In this document: piece by piece, positions 14,736 to 26,348 of the stretch | How the letters are laid out: every line of letters begins with the position of its first letter | Position numbering within the stretch: the first letter of the stretch is position 1 | Origin: Octopus sinensis | Taxonomy: Eukaryota | NCBI RefSeq assembly: GCF_006345805.1 | Contig: NC_043005.1 | Coordinates: forward strand, 108,128,001 to 108,192,000 | Length of the DNA: 64,000 bases | Direction: 5' to 3' | Notes under the pieces: model-generated | The model's input: only the letters and a program-made list of their open reading frames with translations | What the model was told of the DNA's origin: nothing | The model's database searches: none | Translations under genes and position numbers: made by a program

Positions 14736-15084
14736 TGTATGTATGTATGTATGTATGTATGTATGTATGTATGTATGTATGTATGTATGTATGTGTATGT
14801 ATGTATGTATTACGTATATATGGAATAAAATAAAAATGCCAAGACACGTATTAATACGAAACAACAAAAAATATGGAACGAAAATTTATCCTCTCAGAAC
14901 TGGCAATGGTTTGGATAGGAAGAGGGGACTGGAGAAAGATGATTTAATGAAGTGTTTGAACATTACGACTCTAGATTTTGATGCAGGGATGAGTGAGGCC
15001 AGATGGTTTTATAGGGAGTACGTGGTGGAGTTGGGCATATTATAGCAGACACCACCAACTGCTCAGCAAAAACAGGAACTCAGT

Positions 15085-15093
15085 ATAATAATG

Positions 15094-15154
<61 letters not shown>

Positions 15155-15233
15155 TAATAATAACAAGGATAATAATAATAATAATAATAATAATGATATA
15201 ATAATAATAACAAGGATAATAATAATAATAATA

Positions 15234-15272
<39 letters not shown>

Positions 15273-15274
15273 GG

Positions 15275-15305
<31 letters not shown>

Positions 15306-15372
15306 TAATAATAATAATAATTATAATAATGATAATATTAATAATAACAACAACAACAACAACAACAACAAC

Positions 15373-15428
<56 letters not shown>

Positions 15429-15430
15429 TG

Positions 15431-15505
<75 letters not shown>
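15085..15505. repeat. (TAA)n array
   Basis: Directly visible. Confidence 0.95.
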
Positions 15506-15508
<3 letters not shown>

Positions 15509-15669
15509 GTGGCTGCAATGAGGGTGGAGCACTTGCAGAAAACAACACTGCTTGGAACTGCTCGAATACTCTGGATAGTGCTCGAAAAATAAGAGGTGTT
15601 ACCTTAGTTCATTGGTAGTGAACAGCTGACACAGTAGTACAAGTCCAGCGTCAGAAGCTGTGCAAAGGC
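15506..15669 (+). mobile_element. R4/Dong-clade LINE 3' tip inside (TAA)n
   Basis: Encodes MRVEHLQKTTLLGTARILWIVLEK*. Near-match to the 3' end of 26349-26990. Confidence 0.8.
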
Positions 15670-15815
15670 AATGATAATAATAATAGCAACAATAAAAATA
15701 ATTATAATAAATGCAGCATCAAGAAAACCCTGGGGTCATGTAATCGACTGGTCCCCTCACCCCAAATTTCAGGCCTTGTGATTTTAGTGGAAAGACTTTT
15801 TATGAGTACCAATAA

Positions 15816-16033
15816 GGCGGCGAGCTGGAAGAATAGTTAGCACGCCGGGCAAAATGCTGATCGGCATTCCGCCCGTCTTTACGTTCTGCGTTCAAATTCA
15901 GCCAAGATCGACTTTGCCTTTCATCCTTTCGGGATCGATGAAATAATCACGAGTTACTCACTACGGTCGATGTTACCGACTTATCCTTTCCCCTCACACT
16001 CTTAGGCCTTATGCCTATAGCAGAAAAGATTAT
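15816..16033 (+). mobile_element. SINE of the 6756 family with alternative tail B
   Basis: GGCGGCGAGCTGG head, GATCGACTTTGCCTTTCATCCTTTCGGG core, GCCTTATGCCTATAGCAGAAAAGATTAT tail. Confidence 0.75.
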
Positions 16034-16111
16034 CAGAGCCATTATCATCATTGTTCTCATCATCCTCATTGGCATCAGCGGTCATCAATGCCATCATTAT
16101 CAATATCGTTA

Positions 16112-16347
16112 ATACCTATTGCTTTACTACCCACAAGGGGGTAAACACAGAGGGGACAAACAAGGACAGACAAATGGATTAAGTCGATTATATCGACCCC
16201 AGTGCGTAACTGGTACTTATTTAATCGACCCCGAAAGGATGAAAGGCAAAGTTGACCTCGGCGGAATTTGAACTCAGGACGTAGCAGCAGATGAAATACT
16301 GCTAAGCATTTCGCCCGGCGTGCTAACGATTCTGCAAGCTCGCCACC
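16112..16347 (-). mobile_element. SINE of the 6756 family, monomer, tail A
   Basis: Reverse complement of head, core and the ...CCCCTTGTGGGTAGTAAAGCAATAGGTAT tail. Confidence 0.8.
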
Positions 16348-16801
16348 GACATCATTAACATCTTCATCATCACTATCTTTTCCATCCCTAAAATTGTCAT
16401 CATCTTCGTCACAATTAGTATCAACGTCTTCAACAGTCCCTTCTGATCATCATCGTTACCATTAGCAATGCAATTACTATAGTCGTTTTTTTAATATTTT
16501 ATCGCAGACAATTGTCATCTTGAAAATAATATATGAGAACACTGTATATCCACTGATGGGTCACCAATGCCATCTACGACAACGACAAAGGAAAAAGATG
16601 AAATTACACTTCTTGCCAAGCCTCCAAGGAATAAATGTTCCATAAAACAAACAGAAATTTAACTACACTAAAGCATATTCAAATAGCCACACACGAAAAT
16701 ACATAGCCATATGTATACGTATATACATAAGTATGTATGCGTGTATATATATAAATCTATACATACATATACACATATATATTAATATATATGTGTATAT
16801 A

Positions 16802-17024
16802 TACATGATTTGGAGTTGAAAAGTTCTTAGCTTTGGGTAAAAGAAAATACAGGAGGATCAGTTGATTATGATTTTATTCAACATATTCCTCTCTCACATT
16901 CACACACTTATTGCAGCAGTCCTTCAGTTTTACTAAACCCTGTAAAACAACTAGGAATGTTGGCCTCCAACCAGGTCTTTCGCGATACGCTTAAAGCCAA
17001 GAACCTTTTAGCCCATTCTTCGTG
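16802..17024. mobile_element. mariner-derived MITE (~220 bp)
   Basis: Degenerate TIRs (TGAAAAGTTCTTAGCTTT / AAAGCCAAGAACCTTTTAG). The interior resembles a mariner 3' end on the minus strand. Confidence 0.55.
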
Positions 17025-17152
17025 TGTGTACGTGCGTGTATGAGAGAGACGGATGATGGAAGTTACCCAACGAACACTGAGCCTACGAACGTGTTTTACC
17101 GGTGAACAACCTGCTACATAACATACGATTTATTAATACACACACACATATA

Positions 17153-17637
17153 TCTCTTATTATAAAAGGCAGATTTTATCTGCCTCCCTTTGTCTCTTAT
17201 AGAAATCTACAATATAGGATTTCTTCAATTACAATTTACCTAGCATTTTTAAGAGTAGAATGCATCGGGTCGTGCCAGGTCCAGTTTTTCAAATTTCAAC
17301 CCCAATTAAGCAAAATTTAGAGAAAACTCACATTGTGGTGTCTAAGTCAAGTGCTTTTCTTAGTGTGGGCTACAGCACACGCACACGCACACACACACAA
17401 ACGGAGCGAACTGTTTCACTGACGCTATCACCCTAATTTCTCCTCCTTTCTCTTTGCAAGTGTGCAACGATTAAAGTGAAAGTAATTAACTTTTTGTAGT
17501 GAGTGACTCTTTCTCTCTGCATTCCCACTTCCTCTTTACACATATAGATACGCAAATATATAAATAAAATTGTAAGCTAACGTGTGTGTGTGTGTGAGAG
17601 AGTGTGTGTGTGTGTGCGCGTGTGTGTGTGTGTGAGG

Positions 17638-17673
<36 letters not shown>

Positions 17674-18044
17674 GTGTGAGTGTGTGACAGGAAAGTTTTT
17701 TAGGACGAATATAAGACCTAAAGTATATCCAAGTAGCAGAAAGATCGCCCAAAAGTGTATATAGATATTTAAATGTATTTATATATTCATCTACGCACAC
17801 ATGTATGCATAACGTGTGTGTATATATTTCCAAAGAGGTAACCATTCACTCCATACAAAGTTTTTTAGGACGAAAATAAGATCTAAAGTTATCTCTAAGA
17901 AACAGAAAGATCGCCCAAAAGTGTATATAGATATTTAAATGTATTTATATATTCATCCATACACACATGTATGTATAATGTGCGTGTATATATTTCCATA
18001 GAGGTAACCATTCAATCCATACAAAGTTTTTTAGGACGAAAATA
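17153..18044 (+). mobile_element. Helitron-like 5' module (head C) with internal ~165-bp tandem repeat
   Basis: A|TC start, hairpin AGGCAGATTTTATCTGCCT, second copy at 19660. Repeat units begin at 17692, 17857 and 18023. No own CTAG end seen. Confidence 0.6.
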
Positions 18045-18554
18045 TCTATATATATAAAACTCTAGTTGTGTGAGTGTCTGTCCCCTTCGATTTAGATTCC
18101 TAACTCCTTCCACATTTTGCGGTGCAGTTTAACCAAATTCGGGTATCTTATAGTCGTGATTCATTCATATCGAGCCCGTCTGACTATTAGCGCGCGTCAA
18201 CGATGAGTCTACGATTTTAAAAATAATTTAACATCATTTTTTATTCCATTTTAATGCATAAAATGCATCGTGTGTCGATGGCGGCGGAGTTGGCGTCCAC
18301 GCTCACAGCTGCACCTGTTTGCTTCTCCCCCTTCCCTCCCTCGTGAAGCTGTGGGGAAGGGAGTGTAAAGAAATCAACGTCGTAATGCGTTGTGAAGGAA
18401 ACCAGCGTTCTTTTAGAATAACGACTTCACGGCTTGAAGACACCAAAACAAAAATGGCTAAGAAAGCCCGAATTTATAAGGGAAGTAACTCTCTAAAAAT
18501 GCTTATATAGTTATTTCCCTTACAAACCCGAGCAACGCCGGGCGATACTGCTAG
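18045..18554 (+). mobile_element. non-autonomous Helitron (type A, copy 1)
   Basis: A|TCTATATATATAAAAC ... CCCGAGCAACGCCGGG hairpin, GATACTGCTAG|T. Near-identical to 21138-21643. Confidence 0.9.
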
Positions 18555-19385
18555 TTTATATATAAAAGAAAGGTTGTGTGTCTGTCTACTCTGATTTAGA
18601 TTCCTAACTACTCCCACATTTTGCGATGCAGTTTAACCAAAACCGGGTATCTTATAGTCGTGATTCATATCGAACCCTTCTGGGTATTAGCGCGCGTCTA
18701 CGATGAGTCTATGATTTTACAAATAATTTGCCATCATTTTTTTCCATTAAATGCATATTTTTTTTAATAAAGGGAAGTAACTCTCAAACTTCACACCAAT
18801 ATGCGTGCTCATATGCGACGTAATATCACATCTGCAGCATTTCCTCACACCCTCCTTGCACTTGGCGAACGCAAAATACCAGGGGATGAAAATGGTAATA
18901 TTGCCATCGATTCCATTTGTACCATTGTTAAGACGCCTTCTGATCTCAGAGATGCAGAGAAGCTAATTATCAGAATATGGATTGGATTGGCAAAAAGGCT
19001 ATACTGGCCCCGAGGAATAAAACTGTTCACCATATTAATGATGAAATGCTAAAACTCATTCCTGGGGAAGTCTATGTATATCAGTATATCGATACAACTC
19101 CTGACCCAGAGGACGTCATCAACTATCCAATAGAGGTACTCAATTCCTTTGAGCACCCCGGACTACCACCACACTTTCTCAAACTTAAAGTTGGTGCCCC
19201 TATAATGCTCATCAGAAATTTGGTTCCCCCAAAACAATGCAATGGCACACGTTTGATCGTTAAGTCCTTATCTCCCACCGTAAACTTATATCAATATTTG
19301 CCTGAATAATCATCATAATTCAGTGCAATCATTAACAGTACTTTCAAGCAATTCAGCCCCGAGTAACGCCGGGCAATTCTGCTAG
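18555..19385 (+). mobile_element. non-autonomous Helitron (type B) carrying a helicase fragment
   Basis: A-like head directly after the CTAG of copy A1. Ends CCCGAGTAACGCCGGGCAATTCTGCTAG|T. Confidence 0.9.
18790..19285 (+). pseudogene. Helitron RepHel PIF1-like (SF1B) helicase C-terminal fragment, one frameshift
   Basis: KLHTNMRAH...KAILAPRNKTVHHIN...YPIEVLNSFEHPGLPPHFLKLKVGAPIMLIRNLVPPKQCNGTRLIV are hallmark Helitron helicase motifs. Confidence 0.93.
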
Positions 19386-19426
19386 TTTATATATATATGT
19401 GCATGTATATATGTATGTATATACTA

Positions 19427-19659
19427 TTTTACTCTTTTACTCTTTTACTTGTTTCAGTCATTTGACTGCGCCCATGCTGGAGCACCGCCTTTAATCGAGC
19501 AACTCGGGACTTATTCTTTTTGTAAGCCCAGGACTTATTTTATCGGTCTCTTTTGCCGAACCGCTAAGTGACGGGGACATAAACACACCAGCATCGGTTG
19601 TCAAGCAATGTTGGGGGGACAAACACTGACACACAAACACACACGTACATATATATATA
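19427..19659 (-). mobile_element. OK-like SINE, 3' half (partner of 22284-22452)
   Basis: (TAAAAGAG)n tail and body matching the intact copy at 57966-58369. Ends in the internal (TA)n. Confidence 0.85.
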
Positions 19660-20060
19660 TCTCTTATTATAAAAGGCAGATTTTATCTGCCTCCCTTTGT
19701 AAGTTATAGAAATCTACAATATAGGATTTCTTCAATTACAATTTACCTAGCATTTTTAAGGGTAGAATGCATCAAGTCATGCTAGGTCCAGTTTTTAAAA
19801 TTTAAACTCCAATTAAGCAAAATTTACAGAAAACTCACATTCTGGTGTGTATGCCAAATGCTTTTCTTAGTCTGGTTTACAGCACACGCAAACGCACACA
19901 CACAGTGTGCAACGAATAAAGTGAAACTAGATGTAATATTTGTTTCTGTCTATCACGCTGATAGATACATGAGTAAAATGTATGGGAAGCTAACAGATAA
20001 GAGTGAGTGAAAATGTTCTTGGAGGTGAGTAAATAGCCAGAGAGAGTGATTTGAGGAAGA
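19660..20060 (+). mobile_element. Helitron-like head C, copy 2 (start of the composite unit)
   Basis: A|TCTCTTATTATAAAAGGCAGATTTTATCTGCCT, homologous to the 17153 copy for roughly 250 bp. Confidence 0.65.
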
Positions 20061-20145
20061 CTTTACATTAAATAACCGTAGTGGCTTGTGTTAGTAATAA
20101 AGTAAACATACACTCATACATACATACATACATACATACATACAT

Positions 20146-20178
<33 letters not shown>

Positions 20179-20526
20179 TACATACATACACACACACATA
20201 CATACATACACACATACATACATACATATACATACATACATACATACATATACATACATACATACACACACACACACATACACACACAGTATTGAAGCTT
20301 GAGAACAATCAGATACATTTGCAACACATCTGTTGAAAATATTATTGTTCACACACATACATATACATATATACATACAGACAGACAGACAGATAGACAC
20401 ACACACACATGATCCAGCATGGCCACAACCTCAAGGCTGAAACATATAAAAGAATAACAGAATATAAATGTGTGCATGTGTGTGAGAGAGAGAGTGTGTG
20501 TGTATATGTATGTATGTATATATATA

Positions 20527-21115
20527 TAATAATGCGGTTTTTTCAACAGCTTGAACTAAAAGTAGGAGGGGAATGGGATAAACTACTTATATTAACTTGC
20601 TATAAAAGCAGGTAGTAATTTTATCTTGTCCTTATTCATAGTGCAAGTTTTGAAGAGTGCATTTCGATTTTAACAGCTATTTTTTTCAAAGCTATATTGG
20701 AAGTAACAAAGGAGCATATTTGACATATTTTGCTTTATGAGTTCAATAAAGACGACAACGCAACGGAAAGTACAAGAAATATTAATGCAGTATATGGGGA
20801 TTGGACAATAAGCGTAAGGCAGTGTCAATGGTGGTTCCAGAAATTCCGAGCCATAAACTACAGCCTAGAAGACAAGCCTCATCCTGATAGATCTGTAGAA
20901 CTCGACAAGGACATCCTGAAAACCCTGGTGGAACAAAATCTCATCGTAACTGTTGAGGAACTAGCAGAGAAGCTTGGATTTGGTCATTCAACCATTCATT
21001 GAGACCTGTGTGCTATCGGAAAAGTCAGCAAATTGGGTCAATGGGTTCCTCACGAACTTTCCGAGTCTAATTGCATGCAGAGAGTGAATGTATGCTTTTC
21101 TTTGCTGTCACATCT
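20527..21115 (+). mobile_element. mariner 5' half (HTH through WVPHEL), TIR eroded
   Basis: LLYEFNKDDNATESTRNINAVYG...VEELAEKLG...GKVSKLGQWVPHEL (21042-21059). Same family as 48990-49646. Confidence 0.9.
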
Positions 21116-21137
21116 CACCACTACTGCGCTATGTATA

Positions 21138-21643
21138 TCTATATATATAAAACTCTAGTTGTGTGAGTGTCTGTCCCCTTCGATTTACATTCCTAACTCC
21201 TCCCACATTTTGCGGTGCAGTTTAACCAAATTCGGGTATCTTATAGTCGTGATTAATATCGAGCCCGTCTGACTATTAGCGCGCGTCAACGATGAGTCTA
21301 CGATTTTAAAAATAATTTAACATCATTTTTTATTCCATTTTAATGCATAAAATGCATCGTGTGTCGATGGCGGCGGAGTTGGCGTCCACGCTCACAGCTG
21401 CACCTGTTTGCTTCTCCCCCTTCCCTCCCTCGTGAAGCTGTGGGGAAGGGAGTGTAAAGAAATCAACGTCGTAATCCGTTGTGAAGGAGACCAGCGTTCT
21501 TTTAGAACAACGACTTCATGGCTTGAAGACACCAAAACAAAAATGGCTAAGAAAGCCCGAATTTATAAGGGAAGTAACTCTCTAAAAATGCTTATATAGT
21601 TATTTCCCTTACAAACCCGAGCAACGCCGGGCGATACTGCTAG
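21138..21643 (+). mobile_element. non-autonomous Helitron type A, copy 2
   Basis: A|TC start, hairpin plus CTAG end, near-identical to 18045-18554. Confidence 0.9.
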
Positions 21644-22283
21644 TCTATATATATAAAACTGTAGTTGTGTGAGTGTCTGTCCCCTTCGATTTAGATTCCT
21701 AACTACTCCCACATTTTGCGGTGCAGTTTAACCAAATTCGGGTAGCTTATAGTCGTGATTCATATCGAGCCCGTCTGAGTATTAGCGTGCGTCTACGATG
21801 AGTCTACGATTTTAAAAATAATTTAACATCATTTTTTATTCCATTTTAATGCATAAAATGCATCGTGTGTCGATGGCGGCGGAGTTGGCGTCCACGCTCA
21901 CACCTGCACCTGTGGGAAAGGGAGTGTAAGGAAATCAACGTCGTAATGCGTTGTGAAGGAGACCAGCGTTCTTTTAGAACAACGACTTCATGGCTTGAAG
22001 ACACCAAAACAGAAATGACTAAGAAAGCGTCTACATGAGTCTACGATTTTAAAAAAAAATTTACCATCGTTTTTTTTCCATTTTAATGCATTTTTTCGCT
22101 ATTATATAAGGGAAGTAACTCTCTAAAAATGTCTACGATGAGTCAACGATTTAAAAAAAAATTTACCATCATATTTTTTCCATTTTTAATGCATTTTTTG
22201 CTATTTTTTGGCTATAACTCTCTAAAAATGCTTATATAGTTATTTCCCTTACAAACCCGAGCAACGCCGGGCGATACTGCTAG
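21644..22283 (+). mobile_element. non-autonomous Helitron type A variant with internal duplications
   Basis: Begins CTAG|TC directly after copy 2. Repeated GTCTACGATGAGTC.ACGATTT blocks. Same hairpin and CTAG|T end. Confidence 0.9.
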
Positions 22284-22452
22284 TATACATATATACGACG
22301 GGCTTCTTTTCAGTTTCCGTCTACCAAATCCACTCACAGGGCTTTGGTCGGCCCGGGGCTATAGCAGAAGACACTTGCCCAAGATGCCACGCAGTGGGAC
22401 TGAACCCGGAACCATGTGGTTTGTTAGCAAGCTACTTACCACTCCTGCGCCT
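22284..22452 (-). mobile_element. OK-like SINE, 5' half (tRNA head plus CORE-like region)
   Basis: Minus strand AGGCGCAGGAGTGGTAAGTAGCTTGC...GGTTCAGTCCCACTGCGTGGCATCTTGGGCAAGTGTCTTC. Confidence 0.85.
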
Positions 22453-22500
<48 letters not shown>

Positions 22501-23157
22501 AATGGGGATGGTTTCCCGTCCATAAAGGGTTTAGCTTTATGGCGTATTGTCAGATCCAAAAACCTGTTGGCCCATGACCTCTTTTAAGAGTGTGCTTCTT
22601 TCAGATTTATGTTTTTTACAAACGATGACCCTGTCATTTTTCTCGCCTTTCCTTAATTCTTCTGTCCCTCTGCCTCTACCTCTCTCTTTTCTCTCCCCAC
22701 GTGACCTGTGTTCGGCCAAGCCTGACATTCTTGGTTCGGCTGCCGTCCGTGCAACATCAATATTCTTCCCTCTGCCTGTGAAACCTTGTATCCCTGCCGT
22801 AAGGCTTTATTTCCACACACGCCAGCTTAATTCGTCCTTAGTCGAAAGACACCTGTCATTATGTCCTGTTATTTGTAGTTGTGTAACATTTTCAGTTTTT
22901 TCCGTCCTTGTTTTCGTGTACATTCGCCGCTTTCTTCCAAGGAATCTAATTCTCTTAGCTTATTTTTTCCTTGGGGCTGGCCAGATTGGAGCAATCTCGA
23001 GTATAACCAACCGAAATTGAAAAGATAATCTGCAACTCGACTGAGGAAAGAAAACTCCGAATGACCCGTCCTTGTTTTCTTTGTATCGTCTATCTGGATG
23101 TTTTGTTTCCCTTTTTTGTATCACCTAACTGGATGTTTTGCGTTCTTGTCCCATCTT

Positions 23158-23230
<73 letters not shown>

Positions 23231-24117
23231 CCATACAGAGATGTAGGTAGATAGATACTCATGTATAAATATATGCATATATATATACACATGCATATAT
23301 ATATATGTGTATGGGATGAGTGTGTTTTGCTTTATTGAGGTAAAAACTTCACAAATTGTTATTTAGAATTTCGTGTAACCGATCATCTGACAGAAGTGAA
23401 ATCTTAGATTAATAGAATGGTATATAAATGTTTATAAATAGTGCCAAGATAATTATTTGGTAACTTATCAAATAAGCATTTAAATCCGATTGGAATCTGT
23501 TGGATAAAGTGATTGACCGTAGACAAACTATAGTTTGAATATTAACATTGAGTAAAAGTCGAATTAAAAGCATATATACAAGTTTATATTCATAATAATA
23601 GCAGAATCATGGAAAAGTCGTTTTATAAACGAAGAGTTTGTGAAAGAGATTCCGTTAGAAATAAGGATTTAATTCCAGACAAGTGCCAATGAATATCCGC
23701 CCAAAACAGGTAAATAAATTACATATAAACAGATAATTCTGCTATGTGGAAGAAGTGGGGTTCATGCCAGGCGGAAAAGAAAGCGTAATAGAGAGAAAAA
23801 GGAAAAGCTAAGAATAAAAGGTAATGGGAGCTAAGTTTACATATAAAAAGAAAAAAACATTAGTTTCAAGTGACAGGATGTATTCGTTATGGATACAGAA
23901 ACAAATACAAATGTATTTATGCTTGTACTTATACGTATGTATGCATGTATACACGCACGTACGTATATGTATATAACGCTCACTTCCTGAGCGTTATACT
24001 AATACATCTGTTTGTTGTCTACACCACCTGTCATCGTCATTTTTTGTGAATTCTCCCTATATGTATATATGCATGCATATGCGTATGCATGTATAAATGT
24101 GTATGTATGTATGTAGC

Positions 24118-24625
24118 TATTGATCGTAGCAGGTGGAGAAGGATTGTGCACGAGGGGACAGCCATTTTTGAGAAATCTCGAGTTGCACATGAGAAAGTAA
24201 GGAGAGATGTCAGGAAGGGCATCACTGTTGCACTTCCAGTCTTCCTATGATGCTGATATGCAGTGTCTGTGCAAGACCCTGCCTCAGTAAAGCTGGACTC
24301 ACGAGTCATCTTCATAGTCATAAAGCGAGACAGATGAGTGACAACCTGGCCACTGGTGGTGATGTAACACACCATACTAATCATAACTGTCGGGCATGTG
24401 GAAGAGAGTGTAATTCGGCAGGAGGACTTAAACGACATGCAAAGGTACATGAAATCCAGTTACAACTACAGCCGGCTATTACCAGTAAAGGTTTTAGTTG
24501 CCAATTTTGTACAAGACATTGTAGATCTTTAGCCGGGCTAAAAAGTCACATTCGATCACAGCACCAGTAACAGTTAAGCTTCGTGCAATGGCCATACTCG
24601 ATAACGAGGGGGCAGCCATCATGTA
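24118..24625 (+). mobile_element. RTE-clade LINE 3' end with C2H2 fingers and (GTAT)n tail
   Basis: DRSRWRRIVHEGTAIFEKSR...RRDVRKG (RTE/BovB-like C-terminus), a 1-nt frameshift, zinc fingers, a short UTR, then microsatellite. Confidence 0.75.
24247..24570 (+). CDS. open frame with three C2H2 zinc fingers (retroelement C-terminus)
   Basis: CSVCARPCLSKAGLTSHLHSH, CRACGRECNSAGGLKRHAKVH, CQFCTRHCRSLAGLKSHIRSQH. Confidence 0.7.
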   Translation: MMLICSVCARPCLSKAGLTSHLHSHKARQMSDNLATGGDVTHHTNHNCRACGRECNSAGGLKRHAKVHEIQLQLQPAITSKGFSCQFCTRHCRSLAGLKSHIRSQHQ

Positions 24626-24639
24626 TGTATATATGTATG

Positions 24640-24673
<34 letters not shown>

Positions 24674-25133
24674 TGTATGTATGTATGTATGTATGTATAA
24701 ATGTGTATCTATGTATGTATGTAGATTAGAAGACGTAGAAGCGATTAGAAAGCATGCATCAGATAGAGGAATTAGATAGACAAAGACTTAAAAGTATTAA
24801 TCTGATTGATGGTGCAAAGAAGACAAAATCAAAAGACAGAAAAATGGTTCAAATTCAAACGAACGAAGTCCTCTTGAGGTTTTATTTAAGGACTGAATTA
24901 TATACAAAAACAAAAACAAAAATATTTTAAAACAAGGAGTAATGAAATTATATAGATATAAAATAATATATGCGCATAATCACTAACCTGGTCGATGAAA
25001 GCTATATAAGAAGCAAAAATTGAAAACGGAAAAACTGTTACAAAATTTTAGAAAGACTGAATGCGACGGTTGGAAGGAAACAATGCATGGTCAGAAAAAA
25101 AAAGGGAAAAAAATGAAACAGCATACTCGTACT

Positions 25134-25350
25134 AATAATTTTTTCTACTATAGGCACAAGGCCTGAAATTTTGGAGGAAGGGGGACTAGTCTATGATATC
25201 AATCCAGCGCTCAACAGGTACTTATTCTATCGACTCCGAAAGGATGAAAGGCAAAGATGACACTGGCAGAACTTGAACGCAGGGCATAAGCCAGAAGAAA
25301 TGGCAGTAAGCTTTTTGTCTTGTGTGCTAATGATTCTGCCAGCTCCCACC
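25134..25350 (-). mobile_element. SINE of the 6756 family, tail B
   Basis: Reverse of GGTGGGAGCTGGCAGAATCATTAGC...TTTCATCCTTTCGGAGTCGATAGAATAAGTACC...CCTTGTGCCTATAGTAGAAA. Confidence 0.7.
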
Positions 25351-25399
25351 CATATTCGAGCTATACTAACCGTAAAATATGTGGCTGTGAAAAATATTT

Positions 25400-25940
25400 A
25401 TATATGTTGTTTGTTAGCAAAGACCTCGGAATCATCAACTTTGTAAGAATATCTGCAACAGTTCAATAGTTTAGATTTTTGGTTTAAGGCCAATTTGACC
25501 TGAAACACGATGAAGTATTTTTCACTTAAGCATGGTGGATATTTCATAGATTGGTAGTAGGATCCTTGCACTCTTTCCAAGATCATTCATGGGTTTTGAA
25601 AGGTGAAACTACCAGTTTTTTTCAATTGCTGTAAACGCTTGAACAAACTCGTTGAGGAACTAAAAAGAAGTTTTGTGCAAATAAGCATCATCGTAAAGCA
25701 GTTTTCTCTAGTTCTGGGGTAAGTTTTACATGTAGGGATATATCTTTGCCTGGTCCTAGTTCTATATGCAATTCCTTTGATAGGGAGGCAGTTATTTATA
25801 CCTTTACAATTGCACTTAGGTTTGTCATTATATCCATTAGATTTATCAGGTTTACTAACATTATGCTGGTTAATAAACGAGGCAAAGTCTTGGAATAAGA
25901 ATAGCTAGCTTTCAGAGTTCTATAATAAATATGCATCTTA
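25400..25940 (-). pseudogene. Penelope-like element C-terminal linker/GIY-YIG region, degenerate
   Basis: Frameshifted pieces KASYSY, INQHN, KCNCK..NC.IKG, PCLSEKYFI...LNQKSKLLNCCR. Confidence 0.6.
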
Positions 25941-26268
25941 GAAAATGCCCAGTTATTAGATTTTAAGATTCTCAGGTTAATCAGCTTTCACATTCATGTA
26001 AGTTTGTCAAAAGTGGGCGGCTGTCAAAAAAAATAAATAAAAGGGTCAGGGTAAATAGAACTACTCTAAGCATGCACCTATATATTTCGGAACAATTGGG
26101 TAAGTAGGCATGTTCTTGTAGGACTGGGTGATCCTGGAGTTCCTTAAGTGGCTCCAGTTGGATGGTCTCCAGTGTCAGTAGTGCAGAATCATCTGTGTAT
26201 TCACATGTTTTCTATCCCATGTATAGTTTTTATGTATAATAATAATAATGATGATGATGATGATGATG

Positions 26269-26328
<60 letters not shown>

Positions 26329-26348
26329 GTAATAATAATAATAATAAT

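Noticed and set aside
22835-23065. GAAA and CTGAGGA motifs as a possible hammerhead
   Set aside because: The order and stems do not give a valid core on either strand.
25400-25940. Possible selenocysteine recoding in the Penelope-like fragments
   Set aside because: The conserved Cys positions are TGT/TGC, and the stops look like random decay.
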